Positions 1-9,560 of a stretch of 64,000 nucleotides of DNA are shown here, in pieces; the stretch's first letter is position 1, and each line of letters opens with the position of its first letter. The stretch is from an uncultured virus (IMG/VR IMGVR_UViG_3300024933_000029) (taxonomy: Duplodnaviria; Heunggongvirae; Uroviricota; Caudoviricetes). The stretch spans positions 1 through 64,000 of the IMG/VR virus record IMGVR_UViG_3300024933_000029; one strand, written 5' to 3'. The notes below the pieces were generated by a model. The model was not told the DNA's origin and ran no database searches. It worked only from the letters and a program-made list of their open reading frames with translations. The position numbers and the translations under genes were made by a program.

Positions 1-207
1 TCACCGGCGCCCCTCAGCCCAGGCCTTGACGTCGGCCATACGCCAGTAGCGGATGCGGCGGCTGGCGTTGATGAAGGGCTTGGGAAAGTCCGGGCGCTTG
101 GTCAGGCGCGCGGTGACGTGCTCGCGGCTCAGGCCCAGGTAGTTGGCGATGCCCTGGGTGTCCAGGCGCGGGGCGCTGTGAAAGAGTTCCATGTTCTGTT
201 GCGTCAT
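1..207 (-). CDS. AlpA/excisionase-like winged-helix protein
   Basis: 68 aa, IANYLGLSR...PDFPKP...RYWRMADVKAW AlpA pattern. Confidence 0.75.
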   Translation of the reverse strand: MTQQNMELFHSAPRLDTQGIANYLGLSREHVTARLTKRPDFPKPFINASRRIRYWRMADVKAWAEGRR

Positions 208-249
208 TGCGGTGTTCTCCGATGTCGTGTCCGGTGCTGGGGTGCTTGA

Positions 250-498
250 TCAGGCCTGGCGCGGCGTGATGGACTTGCCTGCCTTCTTGCGCTCCACACG
301 TTCAACTCGCTCGACTCGCAGCACGGGCCGGCCGCTGGCCAGCAGGGCGCAGGCCTGGGCGTGGCTGGCGCTGGCAGCCTTCAGTCGCAGCACGGGCAGC
401 AGGCGGGCGTCGGCCAGTTGATCCAGCTGCGCGGCGTCCACGCCGTGGGGTATGAGGGTGGCGCGATAGCTGCGCAGGGCGGTGATGTTGTGGTGCAT
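250..498 (-). CDS. Hypothetical phage protein
   Basis: 82-aa ORF in operon after gpA, GGAGGA RBS. Confidence 0.6.
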   Translation of the reverse strand: MHHNITALRSYRATLIPHGVDAAQLDQLADARLLPVLRLKAASASHAQACALLASGRPVLRVERVERVERKKAGKSITPRQA

Positions 499-519
499 GG
501 TGGGTCCTCCTGGGGTGGA

Positions 520-2496
520 TCAGCTGGTCAAGAAAGGGTGGTTGGATGGCGTGGCGCCGGATGCGGGGCGGTGCAGCACGGAATGGGGCACTGGATCGGC
601 ACCCGAATCGGGCCCGGCCGGGTTGGCCCGGTCCTCGCGCTGGTGCCCGCCGCGGCCGATGAGGGCGCGCAGCGTGTGGCCCGTGAGCCGGGCCGTACAG
701 TTATTGAAACCAGTCCAAGCGCGCGCCAGCGGCGCGCGGGCGGGCAGGGCGGGCGGGGCCACGTCGGCGACCTCGGCGCTTTCCGCACCTTGGGTTTCCT
801 GGAAATCCAGCGTGGCGCGCGCCACGCTGCGCCAGGCGATGCGCCGCGAGACCAGCCACTGGCCGCGCCGGGTTTCCAGGCCCACCACGCGGCCGCAGCC
901 GGGCGCGATGGCCTCGCCGTATTGGTTGACGGCGCCGGCGGGCACGGGGCGGCGTGCCATGCGCAGGTGCCAGCGGTCGCGGGCCAGGCAGTGGCCGCCC
1001 ATGGCTTCCATGTAGCGGCGCCAGTCGGCGGGGATGTCGGGCCCGTGGCGGTGGCTGGCGCCCCAGGCCTTCCAGCTGGCCTTGTCGCCGTCGATGCGGA
1101 TCTGTTCGACCTGGTCCTTGCTGACACGGCGCAGCTCGCGCCAGACGCAGACGCTGGGCATGCCCACGGCCTGGAACTGGCGAATGCCCCAGCAGGCGGC
1201 CCAGGCGTCCACGCGGCGGTGGCCGGGCATGCCGCCCTGCTCCACATCCCACAGGCGGCCCTGCACCACGTCCAGGTGGTCGGCCAGGGCCGCATGGCCC
1301 ACGCTCTTGGCGATGTACTTGGCCACGTAGCCGGCAGCGCCGCCGCCGGTCATGCGCTTGACGTTGACGCGGTTGCGCTGGGCGCCGCGCTCGTCGCCAT
1401 CTTCGCTGAGCCACCATTTGCGGATGGCGGCCTCGATGTGCCGGGCGTGCTCCTCGCACTCCGCCCAGACCAGGGCGTGCCAGTGCGGCGTGGCGTCATG
1501 GTGCGGCTCGGCCACGCGGATGCCGTACATGGCGATGCGCTGGCGGCCCAGGTGCGATCGCACGCGCGCCCACATGGTGCGCAGCCACAGCTGGGCATCG
1601 CGCGGCGTGCTGTGGCCGTCGTAATGCGGATTGGGGCGCGGCCGGCCGCCGCTGCCCAGCGTGACGGCGTGAAAGCGGCTGGGCGCCGTCAGCGTGAGAA
1701 AGAGGCCGACGTGGCTGCGCGCGTCGGCATATTCCTCTGCGCCGCGGATGCGCGTCATCAGCTCGCCGCCACGGATCACGGGGTTGGCCGGCGACAGCGC
1801 GGCCAGCTCGGCCAGGGTGAAGACCTGGCCGGCCTCGTTTCGGTAGAGGCTGCGCTCCAGCGCGCGGGCGTTGCGTTCGATCTGCGCGGTGCGCCGGCGC
1901 ACGGTGGTATTGCTGGCATAGCCGCCGGTGCGGCGGTTGACGATGCCCAGCTTGACGGCGCCAGCCTCCACGGTGCGCGTGACGTGGCGGCGCAGCATGC
2001 GGCGCCACCAGGCCGCGTCCAGCGCGCGGCGGATGGCGGGCTCGCCGGCCAGCGGCGTGCTTTCCTGCAGGCCCAGCATGCGCAGCATCAGCCGCACCAG
2101 GTCCACGCGTGCGGCCAGGTCCATGTTCTGGGCCTGGGCGCCGGCGTCGAGCTCACCGACTTCGTCGCTCAGGCGCCTGGCCATCTGGCAGATCTCGTAG
2201 TCGTCCAGATTCCATTCGGCCGCACGGCCGTGGCGGCTGGCAAAGTCGTCAATGGCGGCCAGCGCGTCGTGGCAGGCGGCCCATTCGGGCTGGCCGTTGG
2301 CGTGTTGCGCGCCCTTTTGCCAGTCGCCCAGGCCCAGCAGCTTCATGGGCTGCAGCCACTGCGGCGGCAAGGCTTTTTCCAGCGCCTGCATGGCGCGCTG
2401 GACCATGTGGGGGCGGGGCTTGTGCTGGTCCCATTGCTGCAGGCTGGCGGTGCGCAGCCTGCGGCCGGTGGATTTGGCGGCGAGCAGGATGGACAT
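520..2496 (-). CDS. P2-type replication initiation endonuclease gpA
   Basis: FLTLTAPSRFH, HUH motif EPHHDATPHWH, tyrosine motif GYVAKYIAK, WGIRQFQ. Confidence 0.93.
   Translation of the reverse strand: MSILLAAKSTGRRLRTASLQQWDQHKPRPHMVQRAMQALEKALPPQWLQPMKLLGLGDWQKGAQHANGQPEWAACHDALAAIDDFASRHGRAAEWNLDDYEICQMARRLSDEVGELDAGAQAQNMDLAARVDLVRLMLRMLGLQESTPLAGEPAIRRALDAAWWRRMLRRHVTRTVEAGAVKLGIVNRRTGGYASNTTVRRRTAQIERNARALERSLYRNEAGQVFTLAELAALSPANPVIRGGELMTRIRGAEEYADARSHVGLFLTLTAPSRFHAVTLGSGGRPRPNPHYDGHSTPRDAQLWLRTMWARVRSHLGRQRIAMYGIRVAEPHHDATPHWHALVWAECEEHARHIEAAIRKWWLSEDGDERGAQRNRVNVKRMTGGGAAGYVAKYIAKSVGHAALADHLDVVQGRLWDVEQGGMPGHRRVDAWAACWGIRQFQAVGMPSVCVWRELRRVSKDQVEQIRIDGDKASWKAWGASHRHGPDIPADWRRYMEAMGGHCLARDRWHLRMARRPVPAGAVNQYGEAIAPGCGRVVGLETRRGQWLVSRRIAWRSVARATLDFQETQGAESAEVADVAPPALPARAPLARAWTGFNNCTARLTGHTLRALIGRGGHQREDRANPAGPDSGADPVPHSVLHRPASGATPSNHPFLTS
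695..722 (-). promoter_or_regulatory. P2-type rolling-circle origin inside gpA
   Basis: Minus strand GCGCTTGGACTGGTTTCAATAACTGTAC resembles the P2 ori (ending TCAATAACTGT), in the 3' part of gene A. Confidence 0.65.
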
Positions 2497-2500
2497 GGGC

Positions 2501-2953
2501 TCAGGTCCTCAGGGCCAGCGCGCGCAGCGGCAGCAGGCAGCTGCGCAGCGCGCGGATCTGGCGGCGGATGGCGTCGCGCTCGGGCGGCGGCATTTCGCGC
2601 CAGTCGCGCAGGGCCAGCTCCTCGATCTCGCCGTCTATGCCCGCCAGCAGCACCAGGGCCATGCGGTAGTGGCTGGCCAGGCCCGCCCATTCGCGGCTTT
2701 CGGCGCTGCCCGAGCGGCCATTGGCGCAGCGCTGCGCGGCCTCGCGCTGCAGTTCGCGCAGGCGGATGCGGCAGTCCTGGACGCTCAGGCGCTGGTAGGC
2801 CTCGGGCAGCGCGGGCGGGTCCTCGGGCCGGTATTCGGGCGCGGGCGCATCGTCTGCCCGCAGCAGTCGCATCAGATCGGAAAGGCGCAGGTCGCCGAGC
2901 TTCATGGTCTGTCCAGGTCGTTTCAGGGTAAGCGCATCCCGCAGGGCCTTCAT
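2501..2953 (-). CDS. Hypothetical phage early protein
   Basis: 150-aa ORF between ogr and gpA. Confidence 0.6.
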   Translation of the reverse strand: MKALRDALTLKRPGQTMKLGDLRLSDLMRLLRADDAPAPEYRPEDPPALPEAYQRLSVQDCRIRLRELQREAAQRCANGRSGSAESREWAGLASHYRMALVLLAGIDGEIEELALRDWREMPPPERDAIRRQIRALRSCLLPLRALALRT

Positions 2954-3061
2954 GCAGGCTCCGCAGGTTGCGGGAAAGCGGGTGGGGTGGCGGCGGTGCA
3001 GGCGGGCTGCCCGCGCGCCGGGTGGGGCGCCGTCAGGAGCGGCGAAGGCGCCCCGGCCGCG

Positions 3062-3385
3062 CTAGCTGCGCGCGCCTTCGGTGGATTGGGCGGATTCGGC
3101 CGCCTGGGCTGCGCGGTGCGCTGCGCCTTCGTATTGCGAGGACGGCATGGCGTCCAGCTGGGTCTGCAGCAGCTTGCGCTTGATGTGCGTGCTCATCGGC
3201 AGGATCACCATGGGGTTGGGAATGGCGCTGGGGCTGATGGTGCGGTTGATCTCGGTCACCGCCGAGAACACATGGCCGCACTCGAAGTTGCGGCACTGGA
3301 AGATGGTCTCGCGGCTGGTGCTGGTCAGCTGCAGGCTGGTGCGGGTGTAGGCGTGTTCGTTGCAGTGGGGGCACATCATGCGCAT
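3062..3385 (-). CDS. ogr: Ogr/Delta-family zinc-finger late activator
   Basis: CPHC...RTS...FQCRNFECGHVF...TISPSA. Confidence 0.9.
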   Translation of the reverse strand: MRMMCPHCNEHAYTRTSLQLTSTSRETIFQCRNFECGHVFSAVTEINRTISPSAIPNPMVILPMSTHIKRKLLQTQLDAMPSSQYEGAAHRAAQAAESAQSTEGARS

Positions 3386-3446
3386 GGCAGGCTCCTGGGG
3401 GCAGTTGGGATCGAAGACAAGGCGGTGAACAGGTCGGCGCGGGTGG

Positions 3447-3677
3447 CTATCGCGTCTGATCGGCCTGGGGCAGCGGCGGCATCTGCTGCTCGTACTGCTG
3501 CATGCCCATGCGGTACAGCTTCAGCGCGAAGTTGGAGGCGCTGCGGCTTTCACGGCTGGCATAGCGGGCGTGGCGTTCGCGTTCGGATGCCGTCATGCGA
3601 AGTGGCACGGGCCTGTCATGAAGCACCGGATCCGCAGGGATACCGGGCACGGCTCTGGGGGAGTGCATGGCTGTCAT
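3447..3677 (-). CDS. Small DNA-binding protein (RHH-like, Cox/Cro position)
   Basis: First gene divergent from the repressor; RPVPLRM...RSASNFA. Confidence 0.55.
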   Translation of the reverse strand: MTAMHSPRAVPGIPADPVLHDRPVPLRMTASERERHARYASRESRSASNFALKLYRMGMQQYEQQMPPLPQADQTR

Positions 3678-3727
3678 GTAGTATTTGGGATGGTTTGGAT
3701 GGTTTGGTTACACGCTGACTGCATCAT

Positions 3728-3745
3728 TGCTCGAAATTTCGAGCA
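3728..3745. promoter_or_regulatory. Candidate repressor operator
   Basis: Perfect 18-bp palindrome TGCTCGAAATTTCGAGCA between divergent genes; core repeated at 3765-3774. Confidence 0.65.
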
Positions 3746-3754
3746 TGTCAATTG

Positions 3755-4087
3755 ATGAATAGAAGAAATTTCGATCACATCGGTGAAAGGCTGAGGCAAG
3801 AGCGTCTGCGTCTGGACGTGGCGCAGCTCGCCATGGCCGACGCCTGCGACGTCTCGCGCGGCACCCTGGCCACCTGGGAGAAGGGCGAGCAATCGCCCAA
3901 TGCGGCCGCCCTGGCCGTGATGGCGGGCCTGGGCGTGGATGTCCTGTATGTGGTCACGGGCCAGCATGCGAACGCATCGGTCCAGACCCTGGCGCCCGAC
4001 GAGCGCGAGCTGCTCGATTGCTATGGCCGGGCCGACGATTCGGGCCGCGCCGCCATCATGGCCGTGGCGACCCTGGCCGCGCGCTGA
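3755..4087 (+). CDS. XRE/HTH immunity repressor
   Basis: IGERLRQERLRL...VSRGTLATWEKGEQSPN...GVDVLYVVTG; no peptidase domain. Confidence 0.85.
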   Translation: MNRRNFDHIGERLRQERLRLDVAQLAMADACDVSRGTLATWEKGEQSPNAAALAVMAGLGVDVLYVVTGQHANASVQTLAPDERELLDCYGRADDSGRAAIMAVATLAAR

Positions 4088-4135
4088 ACGGCCTGCGCCG
4101 GCCGTTCCAGGACGCGTTCTACCCGCCCCTCTCGC

Positions 4136-5149
4136 TCACTTGGCGCGTGTTTCCAGCGTCAGCTTGGAGGTGAAGCCGCCGTCGCCCAGCTCATGCTGGA
4201 TCTTGACGACCAGCCACGGCGTGTCATCGATCTCCGCCTTGAACCCCTGCAGCTTCAGCGGCGTCTGCGGCATCAGGTCGGGCCGCGCCAGCGCCAGCTT
4301 CAGGCCCATGGTGGCCTTGGCGCGGTTGATGCGGCCCATCTCGGCCTTGGCGGCGGCCTGCGCCTCGGCCTCGCTGCCGTAGGTGTCCTTCAGGCGCTTT
4401 TCGTTGTCCTCGGCGCCCTGCGTGGCGCTGCGTTTCTCGGCACGATCCGCGTCGTTCCAGTACGCGCGCACGCCGCTGTAGTCGTTGCGTGCGGCCGTGT
4501 GGTAGTTGTGGCTGTCGCCCACGGCGCGCGTGAGCGTGGCGGCCTCCACGGTCTGGCCGCCGGCGGTGATCTTGCTGTCGATGGCGATGAAGGCCAGCTT
4601 GCCCTTCTTGACCGTGCACACGGCGTCGTACTGGCGCGCCAGGCGGCTGCAGAAGTTCAGGTCGCTCTCGTGGGTCTGGTCGATGTGGTCCACGCGCAGG
4701 TTCTCGAACTGCGCGTCCACGCGCACCTGCAGGCCGTTGCGCTGCGCAATGCTGCGCACGATCTGGCCCAGCGTGCTGTTGTGGTAGCTGTGCTCGGAGC
4801 GCGTGCGCAGCTGGCGCTTGAGCTCGGCCGAGCGCGCATGCACCACGATCCTGTCGGGCGCACCCTGGTGCTCCACCTCGTCCACCTCGTAGGTGCCCTT
4901 GTCGACCAGGCCGTGGCCGGCCCAGCCCAGCTTCAGCGCGATCTTGGAGCCCTTGCCCGGCATGGGCAGGCGCCCATCGCTGTCGTCCAGCGTGATGTCC
5001 AGCTTGTCGGCCTCTTCGCCGCGCGATTCGGACAGCGTCAGGTTCATCAGCCGCGTGTTCACGCTGCTGGTGATGTCGCGCCCGTCCAGGACGATTTCGT
5101 ACTGGGGCTTGGCGTGCAAGTATTCCTGCGTGGCCATCAGATCCACCAT
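4136..5149 (-). CDS. Baseplate hub / late control protein gpD
   Basis: ADKLDITLDDSDG, HIDQTHESDLNF; follows gpU. Confidence 0.9.
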   Translation of the reverse strand: MVDLMATQEYLHAKPQYEIVLDGRDITSSVNTRLMNLTLSESRGEEADKLDITLDDSDGRLPMPGKGSKIALKLGWAGHGLVDKGTYEVDEVEHQGAPDRIVVHARSAELKRQLRTRSEHSYHNSTLGQIVRSIAQRNGLQVRVDAQFENLRVDHIDQTHESDLNFCSRLARQYDAVCTVKKGKLAFIAIDSKITAGGQTVEAATLTRAVGDSHNYHTAARNDYSGVRAYWNDADRAEKRSATQGAEDNEKRLKDTYGSEAEAQAAAKAEMGRINRAKATMGLKLALARPDLMPQTPLKLQGFKAEIDDTPWLVVKIQHELGDGGFTSKLTLETRAK

Positions 5150-5583
5150 TCCCAGAAGTCTTCATCGGGCCAGGGATCGACGCCGCCGCTGCCTTCGGCC
5201 AGGTGGTCGTCCACGCGGGCCAGCTTGAGGTCGAACTCGATGCGGCGAGGCTTGCCGCCCGGTGTGTAGTGTGTGCCGGTCTGGCGCAGGTTTTCGATGA
5301 CCCAGGCCCCCAGCGGAGCATCGCCGCGCACCAGCGCCCAGGCCTTGCCGGAGTCGGCCATTTCGGTCAGGAAATCCAGCGACGCGGCCGTGCCCCGGAA
5401 CTCGGGCGCGAGCACGCCGCTGAGCGACATGCTGTCTTCGCCCGGGCCCAGCGACTGGCGGGCGGGGCGTGCGCCTACGCGGCTGTTGCTCGGATGGCGC
5501 CAGGCGCTGTCGCGCGCCATCTTGTCGAATGCCAGTGTGTCGATGCCAAAGGCAAACAGGCCCAGTGTGATCAGCATGCTCAT
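5137..5583 (-). CDS. Tail protein gpU
   Basis: MSMLITLGLFAF...WRHPSNSRVGARPARQ...RRIEFDLKLARVD; GAGGAG RBS. Confidence 0.88.
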   Translation of the reverse strand: MSMLITLGLFAFGIDTLAFDKMARDSAWRHPSNSRVGARPARQSLGPGEDSMSLSGVLAPEFRGTAASLDFLTEMADSGKAWALVRGDAPLGAWVIENLRQTGTHYTPGGKPRRIEFDLKLARVDDHLAEGSGGVDPWPDEDFWEWWI

Positions 5584-5588
5584 GCTCC

Positions 5589-8321
5589 TCAATCGATATC
5601 GGACAGCTGCGACAGCACGCTGGAGCGCTTGGCCATGTCGCGGCGGTCCAGCTCGGCGGCCACGGCGCGGGCAATGGCCTGCGCATCCTGGCCGGGCGCA
5701 GCGTTGACGGTGATATGGATGGTGGCGCCGGCCACCGGGGCCGGTGCCGGCGCCGGTGCAGCGGCGCTGGCCAGCGGCGGGCGGCTGTCGATGCGCACGG
5801 CGCCCGTGTCGGCCATGGCCGGCATGGCGCCCGTGGCCAGCGTGGCCGCCGTGGCTGCGGCCGCGACACCCTGGCGCAGTGCGCCGGCGCGGCCCTGGTC
5901 GGGTGCTGACGCATCGCCGGATTTGAACCACGAGCCCACCGACGAGGCCAGGCCGCTGATGCCCTTGCCCGCCAGGTCAGAGACCACGCCGAACAACCCG
6001 CCCGTAGCGCCATCCAGACCGGCCTTGCCGGCGTCCAGCAGCGTGCCGCCGACGCCCTTCCAGTCGCCGGCCTTGAAGGCGGTGGAAAGGCCGTCCCAGT
6101 TCTGCATGATCGAGCCACCCGCGCCCATCAGGCCGCCTGCGAGCCGGCCCATGGGTGTCATGCGCACCAGGCCCATCAGCGATGCGGCTGCACCACCCAG
6201 ACTGCCGCCCAGGCCACCGCCGACGGCTCCTGCGGCCCCCAGGCCGGCGCCCAGCAGGCCCATGACGGCGCCCGCACGGCCCTTGCCTGCACCTGTAGCT
6301 GCGCCTGCACCGCCGCCGAAGATGCGGCCTGCAGCGCGGCCCGCGCCGGCCAGTGCGGTGCCTATGCTGCCCATGGCAGCGCCGCGGCCCATCATGGCCA
6401 GCGACAGGACCACAGCGCCCAGCCCGCGCCTGAGCACGCCCGCAGCGTTGCTGGCCATGCGCAAGCCGCCGGCCAACAGGCCCATGGCACTGCCGCCGCC
6501 GCCCATCATGCCCAGCGACAGGACCACGGCCGCCAGGCCGCGCCTGAGCACACCCAAGGCACCGCTGCCTGCGCCCATGGCCGCACCCAGCAGGCCGAAC
6601 ACGGTGCGCGTGAGCAGCAGCGGCGCCAGCAGGCCGAACAGCACGCTGCTCACCACGCCGACGCCTGCGACCAGCAGGCCCAGCACGGCCACGATGCGCA
6701 GCGTCCACTGCACGATCTGGGGATGCTCCTTGACCCAGGCACGCATGCCTTCGGTCATCTCGCGCAGCGTGCCCAGCACGGCCTTGAGGTCGGACTCGAT
6801 GGTCGAGCCCATGTCGCTCAACAGGCCGTTGTAGCTGTCCTTGACGGACTCGTATTGGGCCGAGACCGAGTCCTTCAGGATGGCCACGCGCCCATCCATA
6901 TCCGCCTGTGACTTGAGCTGGGAGGCGATCTGCTGGTAGCCGCCCGGGCCCTGCTGGAGCAGCGCCTCCAGGGCCTTGCGCGTCTGCGCATCGCCGCCGG
7001 CCAGCTTGTCCAGCGCAGCGGCGCGCAGCTTGTCGCTGCCCAGGCTCTGCAGCTTTTGCAGCTGGGCCATCATCTGCTCGGTGCCGCCGAACTGGCCGCT
7101 GGCGTCCTTGAAGTCCAGCGACACGCCCTGGCTCGCCAGCATCTTGTTGACCTGGCCCAGCCTGGCCGGGTCCATGGAGTTCTTGACCAGGTTGCCGACG
7201 GCCTTGCCCGCGGCCTCGCCGCTGATGCTGGCGTCGTTGAGCATGAGCAGCAGCGGCGCGAACATCTGTCCCGACCTTGCGCCCTGCTGCCCCAGCTGCG
7301 GCAGGGCCTTGCCGATGGCATCCAGGCCCTTGACCATGCCTGTCGGGTCCAGTCCCAGGTGGGAGGTGCGCTGCACCGTGTCGGCCAGTGCGGCCATGTC
7401 GCCCGCGCTTGCGCGGGTGGCCTGCTGCAGCTGCGCCGCGAACTCGCCGGCCTCCTTGGCGGGCATGTTCAGCACCGCGCCCAGGTTGGCCGCCTGCCGG
7501 GCCACGCCGCCCAGCACATCCTGCGAGGACACGCCCTGGCGCTGCAGCTGGTTCATCATCGCGATGTAGTCGGCCGTGCTGCCGGGCATGTCGGTGCCCA
7601 GGCTCTTGGCCAAGTCCAGCACCTGCTGGTAATCGGCGCCCGGCTTGCCGTTGCTGCCCGCCATGGTGGCGCGCAGCTGCGCGGCGGCCTGGTCGTCGGT
7701 CATGAAGGCCTGGCTCACGGCGCGCACGGGCGTCAGCATCTTGCCGCCCGTCTCGCGCAGCGCCTGGCCGCGATCGGCCAGGGTCTTGCTCTGCTCGCGC
7801 AGGGCGTCGATTCTCTCCAGCCGCTGGGCGGCCGGTGCCACCACCTTGCGCTGCTTTTCCATCTGGGCCGTGGTGGCGCGGATGTCGTTGTGCAGCTTGC
7901 GCTCGTGCGCCGACAGGTTGCCCGTGTCCACGCCCGCGCCGCGCAGGCCTTCGCGCATGTCCATCAGGCGCGATCGCTGCGTGGCGCGCAGCAGCGCCAG
8001 GCGCTCTTCCTCGACCTGGGCCGAACGCAGCGCGCGCAGCATGGCGCGCGAGGGCTGCTCGCCCGCGCCCGATTCCAGCCGCAGCTGGGCCATCTGCTGG
8101 CGCGCGCCGCGCAGCCGTGCCGTGGTGTCTGCCAGGCCGCTGCGCAGCGCGCGGTAGTCGCCCAGCTGGGTTTGCTGCTGCTGCAGCTTCTTCAACTGGT
8201 CGACCGTTTCCTTGAGTTCCCGGGCCGTGTTGCTGCTGGTTCTGCCCAGCAGCGCCAGGGGCTGGTGCACGCGCTCGGCCTGCTTGAGCACCTCGTCCAG
8301 GCGCAGGGTGTCAACGGCCAT
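5589..8321 (-). CDS. Tail tape measure protein gpT
   Basis: 910 aa, Ala/Gly/Leu-rich, between E/E' and U. Confidence 0.88.
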   Translation of the reverse strand: MAVDTLRLDEVLKQAERVHQPLALLGRTSSNTARELKETVDQLKKLQQQQTQLGDYRALRSGLADTTARLRGARQQMAQLRLESGAGEQPSRAMLRALRSAQVEEERLALLRATQRSRLMDMREGLRGAGVDTGNLSAHERKLHNDIRATTAQMEKQRKVVAPAAQRLERIDALREQSKTLADRGQALRETGGKMLTPVRAVSQAFMTDDQAAAQLRATMAGSNGKPGADYQQVLDLAKSLGTDMPGSTADYIAMMNQLQRQGVSSQDVLGGVARQAANLGAVLNMPAKEAGEFAAQLQQATRASAGDMAALADTVQRTSHLGLDPTGMVKGLDAIGKALPQLGQQGARSGQMFAPLLLMLNDASISGEAAGKAVGNLVKNSMDPARLGQVNKMLASQGVSLDFKDASGQFGGTEQMMAQLQKLQSLGSDKLRAAALDKLAGGDAQTRKALEALLQQGPGGYQQIASQLKSQADMDGRVAILKDSVSAQYESVKDSYNGLLSDMGSTIESDLKAVLGTLREMTEGMRAWVKEHPQIVQWTLRIVAVLGLLVAGVGVVSSVLFGLLAPLLLTRTVFGLLGAAMGAGSGALGVLRRGLAAVVLSLGMMGGGGSAMGLLAGGLRMASNAAGVLRRGLGAVVLSLAMMGRGAAMGSIGTALAGAGRAAGRIFGGGAGAATGAGKGRAGAVMGLLGAGLGAAGAVGGGLGGSLGGAAASLMGLVRMTPMGRLAGGLMGAGGSIMQNWDGLSTAFKAGDWKGVGGTLLDAGKAGLDGATGGLFGVVSDLAGKGISGLASSVGSWFKSGDASAPDQGRAGALRQGVAAAATAATLATGAMPAMADTGAVRIDSRPPLASAAAPAPAPAPVAGATIHITVNAAPGQDAQAIARAVAAELDRRDMAKRSSVLSQLSDID

Positions 8322-8434
8322 GGAGGGCTCCCTGGCCGGTGCGGTGTTGGCGTTGGGTGGAGGTCATGGGCAAGGGGCGTGCAAGAGAGGGGCGAGAGGC
8401 GGGCGATGGAGTGGAAGTGGTGCTCAGTCCTGGC

Positions 8435-8551
8435 TCAGTCCTGGCTTTCGTAGCGCTCGCGCGCCCGTTCATGCCATTGGCCGAGTTCGGCCAGCGACAT
8501 GTCCTCCATGTCCGCCGGCCGCCAGTGGAAGACCATGGCCAGGTCGGCCAT
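8435..8551 (-). CDS. gpE' tail chaperone extension, reached by -1 frameshift
   Basis: MADLAMVFHWRPADMEDMSLAELGQWHERARER; in frame with a -1 shift at TTTTTTG (8599-8605). Confidence 0.85.
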   Translation of the reverse strand: MADLAMVFHWRPADMEDMSLAELGQWHERARERYESQD

Positions 8552-8559
8552 GGCGTCCT

Positions 8560-8919
8560 CTACGCGCTCGGGAATTGCTCCCTCTGCGCCTTCGGCACCA
8601 AAAAAGAGGCCACCTCCGTACCCAGGGTCACCAGGTCGGCGGGGTCCAGCTGCAGCACCTCGGCCTTGTGCAGCATGGGCTCGGTCACGCGCGGCAGCAG
8701 GGTCTGCAGCGCGGTCACGTTCATGTGCAGCAGCTCGACCAGCGACAGGCCGCGCAGCGCGCCGGCATTGGGGCGGCGCACCAGCACCCGGGCCAGGTCG
8801 CCGCCGGGGCGCTTGAGCGGCACGTCGAGCGTGATCTCGCGCGCATCGCCCGATGCGAGGGCGGCCGCGTTGGCGGCAGCCTGGTTCTGGAGGTCTTCCT
8901 GGGGCTTGGTGGTGTCCAT
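8560..8919 (-). CDS. Tail assembly chaperone gpE
   Basis: ITLDVPLKR...RRPNAGALRGLSL...LPRVTEP...LDPADL. Confidence 0.88.
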   Translation of the reverse strand: MDTTKPQEDLQNQAAANAAALASGDAREITLDVPLKRPGGDLARVLVRRPNAGALRGLSLVELLHMNVTALQTLLPRVTEPMLHKAEVLQLDPADLVTLGTEVASFLVPKAQREQFPSA

Positions 8920-8987
8920 GGTGTGTCAGCGTTCGGGTGAAGAAAAGAGGAGGACCGGGCCGGCCGGCCCGGTCAGTTGAGCCAGGC

Positions 8988-9497
8988 TCAGATGCCCAGC
9001 GCGGCGCGGACCTGGGCGAGGCGGTCGATGCCGTTGACGACTTCGACGAAGTTGACCGGATCGATCTCGATCAGCACCTGGCCGTTGATGGACAGGCGGT
9101 AGTAGCTGACGGCCAGCTTGTACTTGATCTCGGTCTTGTCGCCGGCCTTGGCCTTGCCGGGGTCGAACTCCGAGAAGCGGCCACGCATGACCACTTCCAG
9201 CGAGTCCACGCCTTCGCTGTCATCGCCCTGCAGGGCGCCGGCGAAGCGCAGCAGCACGCCGTCGTGGCGCAGCGTGCCCCAGGTGGAGATCAACTCCTTC
9301 ATGTAGCCGGCAGCGGTCAGGTCGGCCTCGATGGCCTCCATGCCGAAGTCCAGGCTGACCTCGCCGTTCATGCCGCCGGCGCGGTACTTCTCCATCTTGC
9401 GGGTGAGCTTGGGCAAGCCCACTTCGGGCATGTCGCCGATGTACGAGTTGCCATCCACGAAGGTGGCGAAATTCTTGAGAGAGCGGGGCAGTCCCAT
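8988..9497 (-). CDS. Major tail tube FII
   Basis: MGLPRSLKNF...LPKLTRKMEKYRAGGM...YYRLSINGQ. Confidence 0.92.
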   Translation of the reverse strand: MGLPRSLKNFATFVDGNSYIGDMPEVGLPKLTRKMEKYRAGGMNGEVSLDFGMEAIEADLTAAGYMKELISTWGTLRHDGVLLRFAGALQGDDSEGVDSLEVVMRGRFSEFDPGKAKAGDKTEIKYKLAVSYYRLSINGQVLIEIDPVNFVEVVNGIDRLAQVRAALGI

Positions 9498-9560
9498 GGT
9501 GCTTTTCTCCTGTGTATCCGGTGTGTTCGGTGTATTGGGTGTGTCGGGTGCGGCCGCCGC

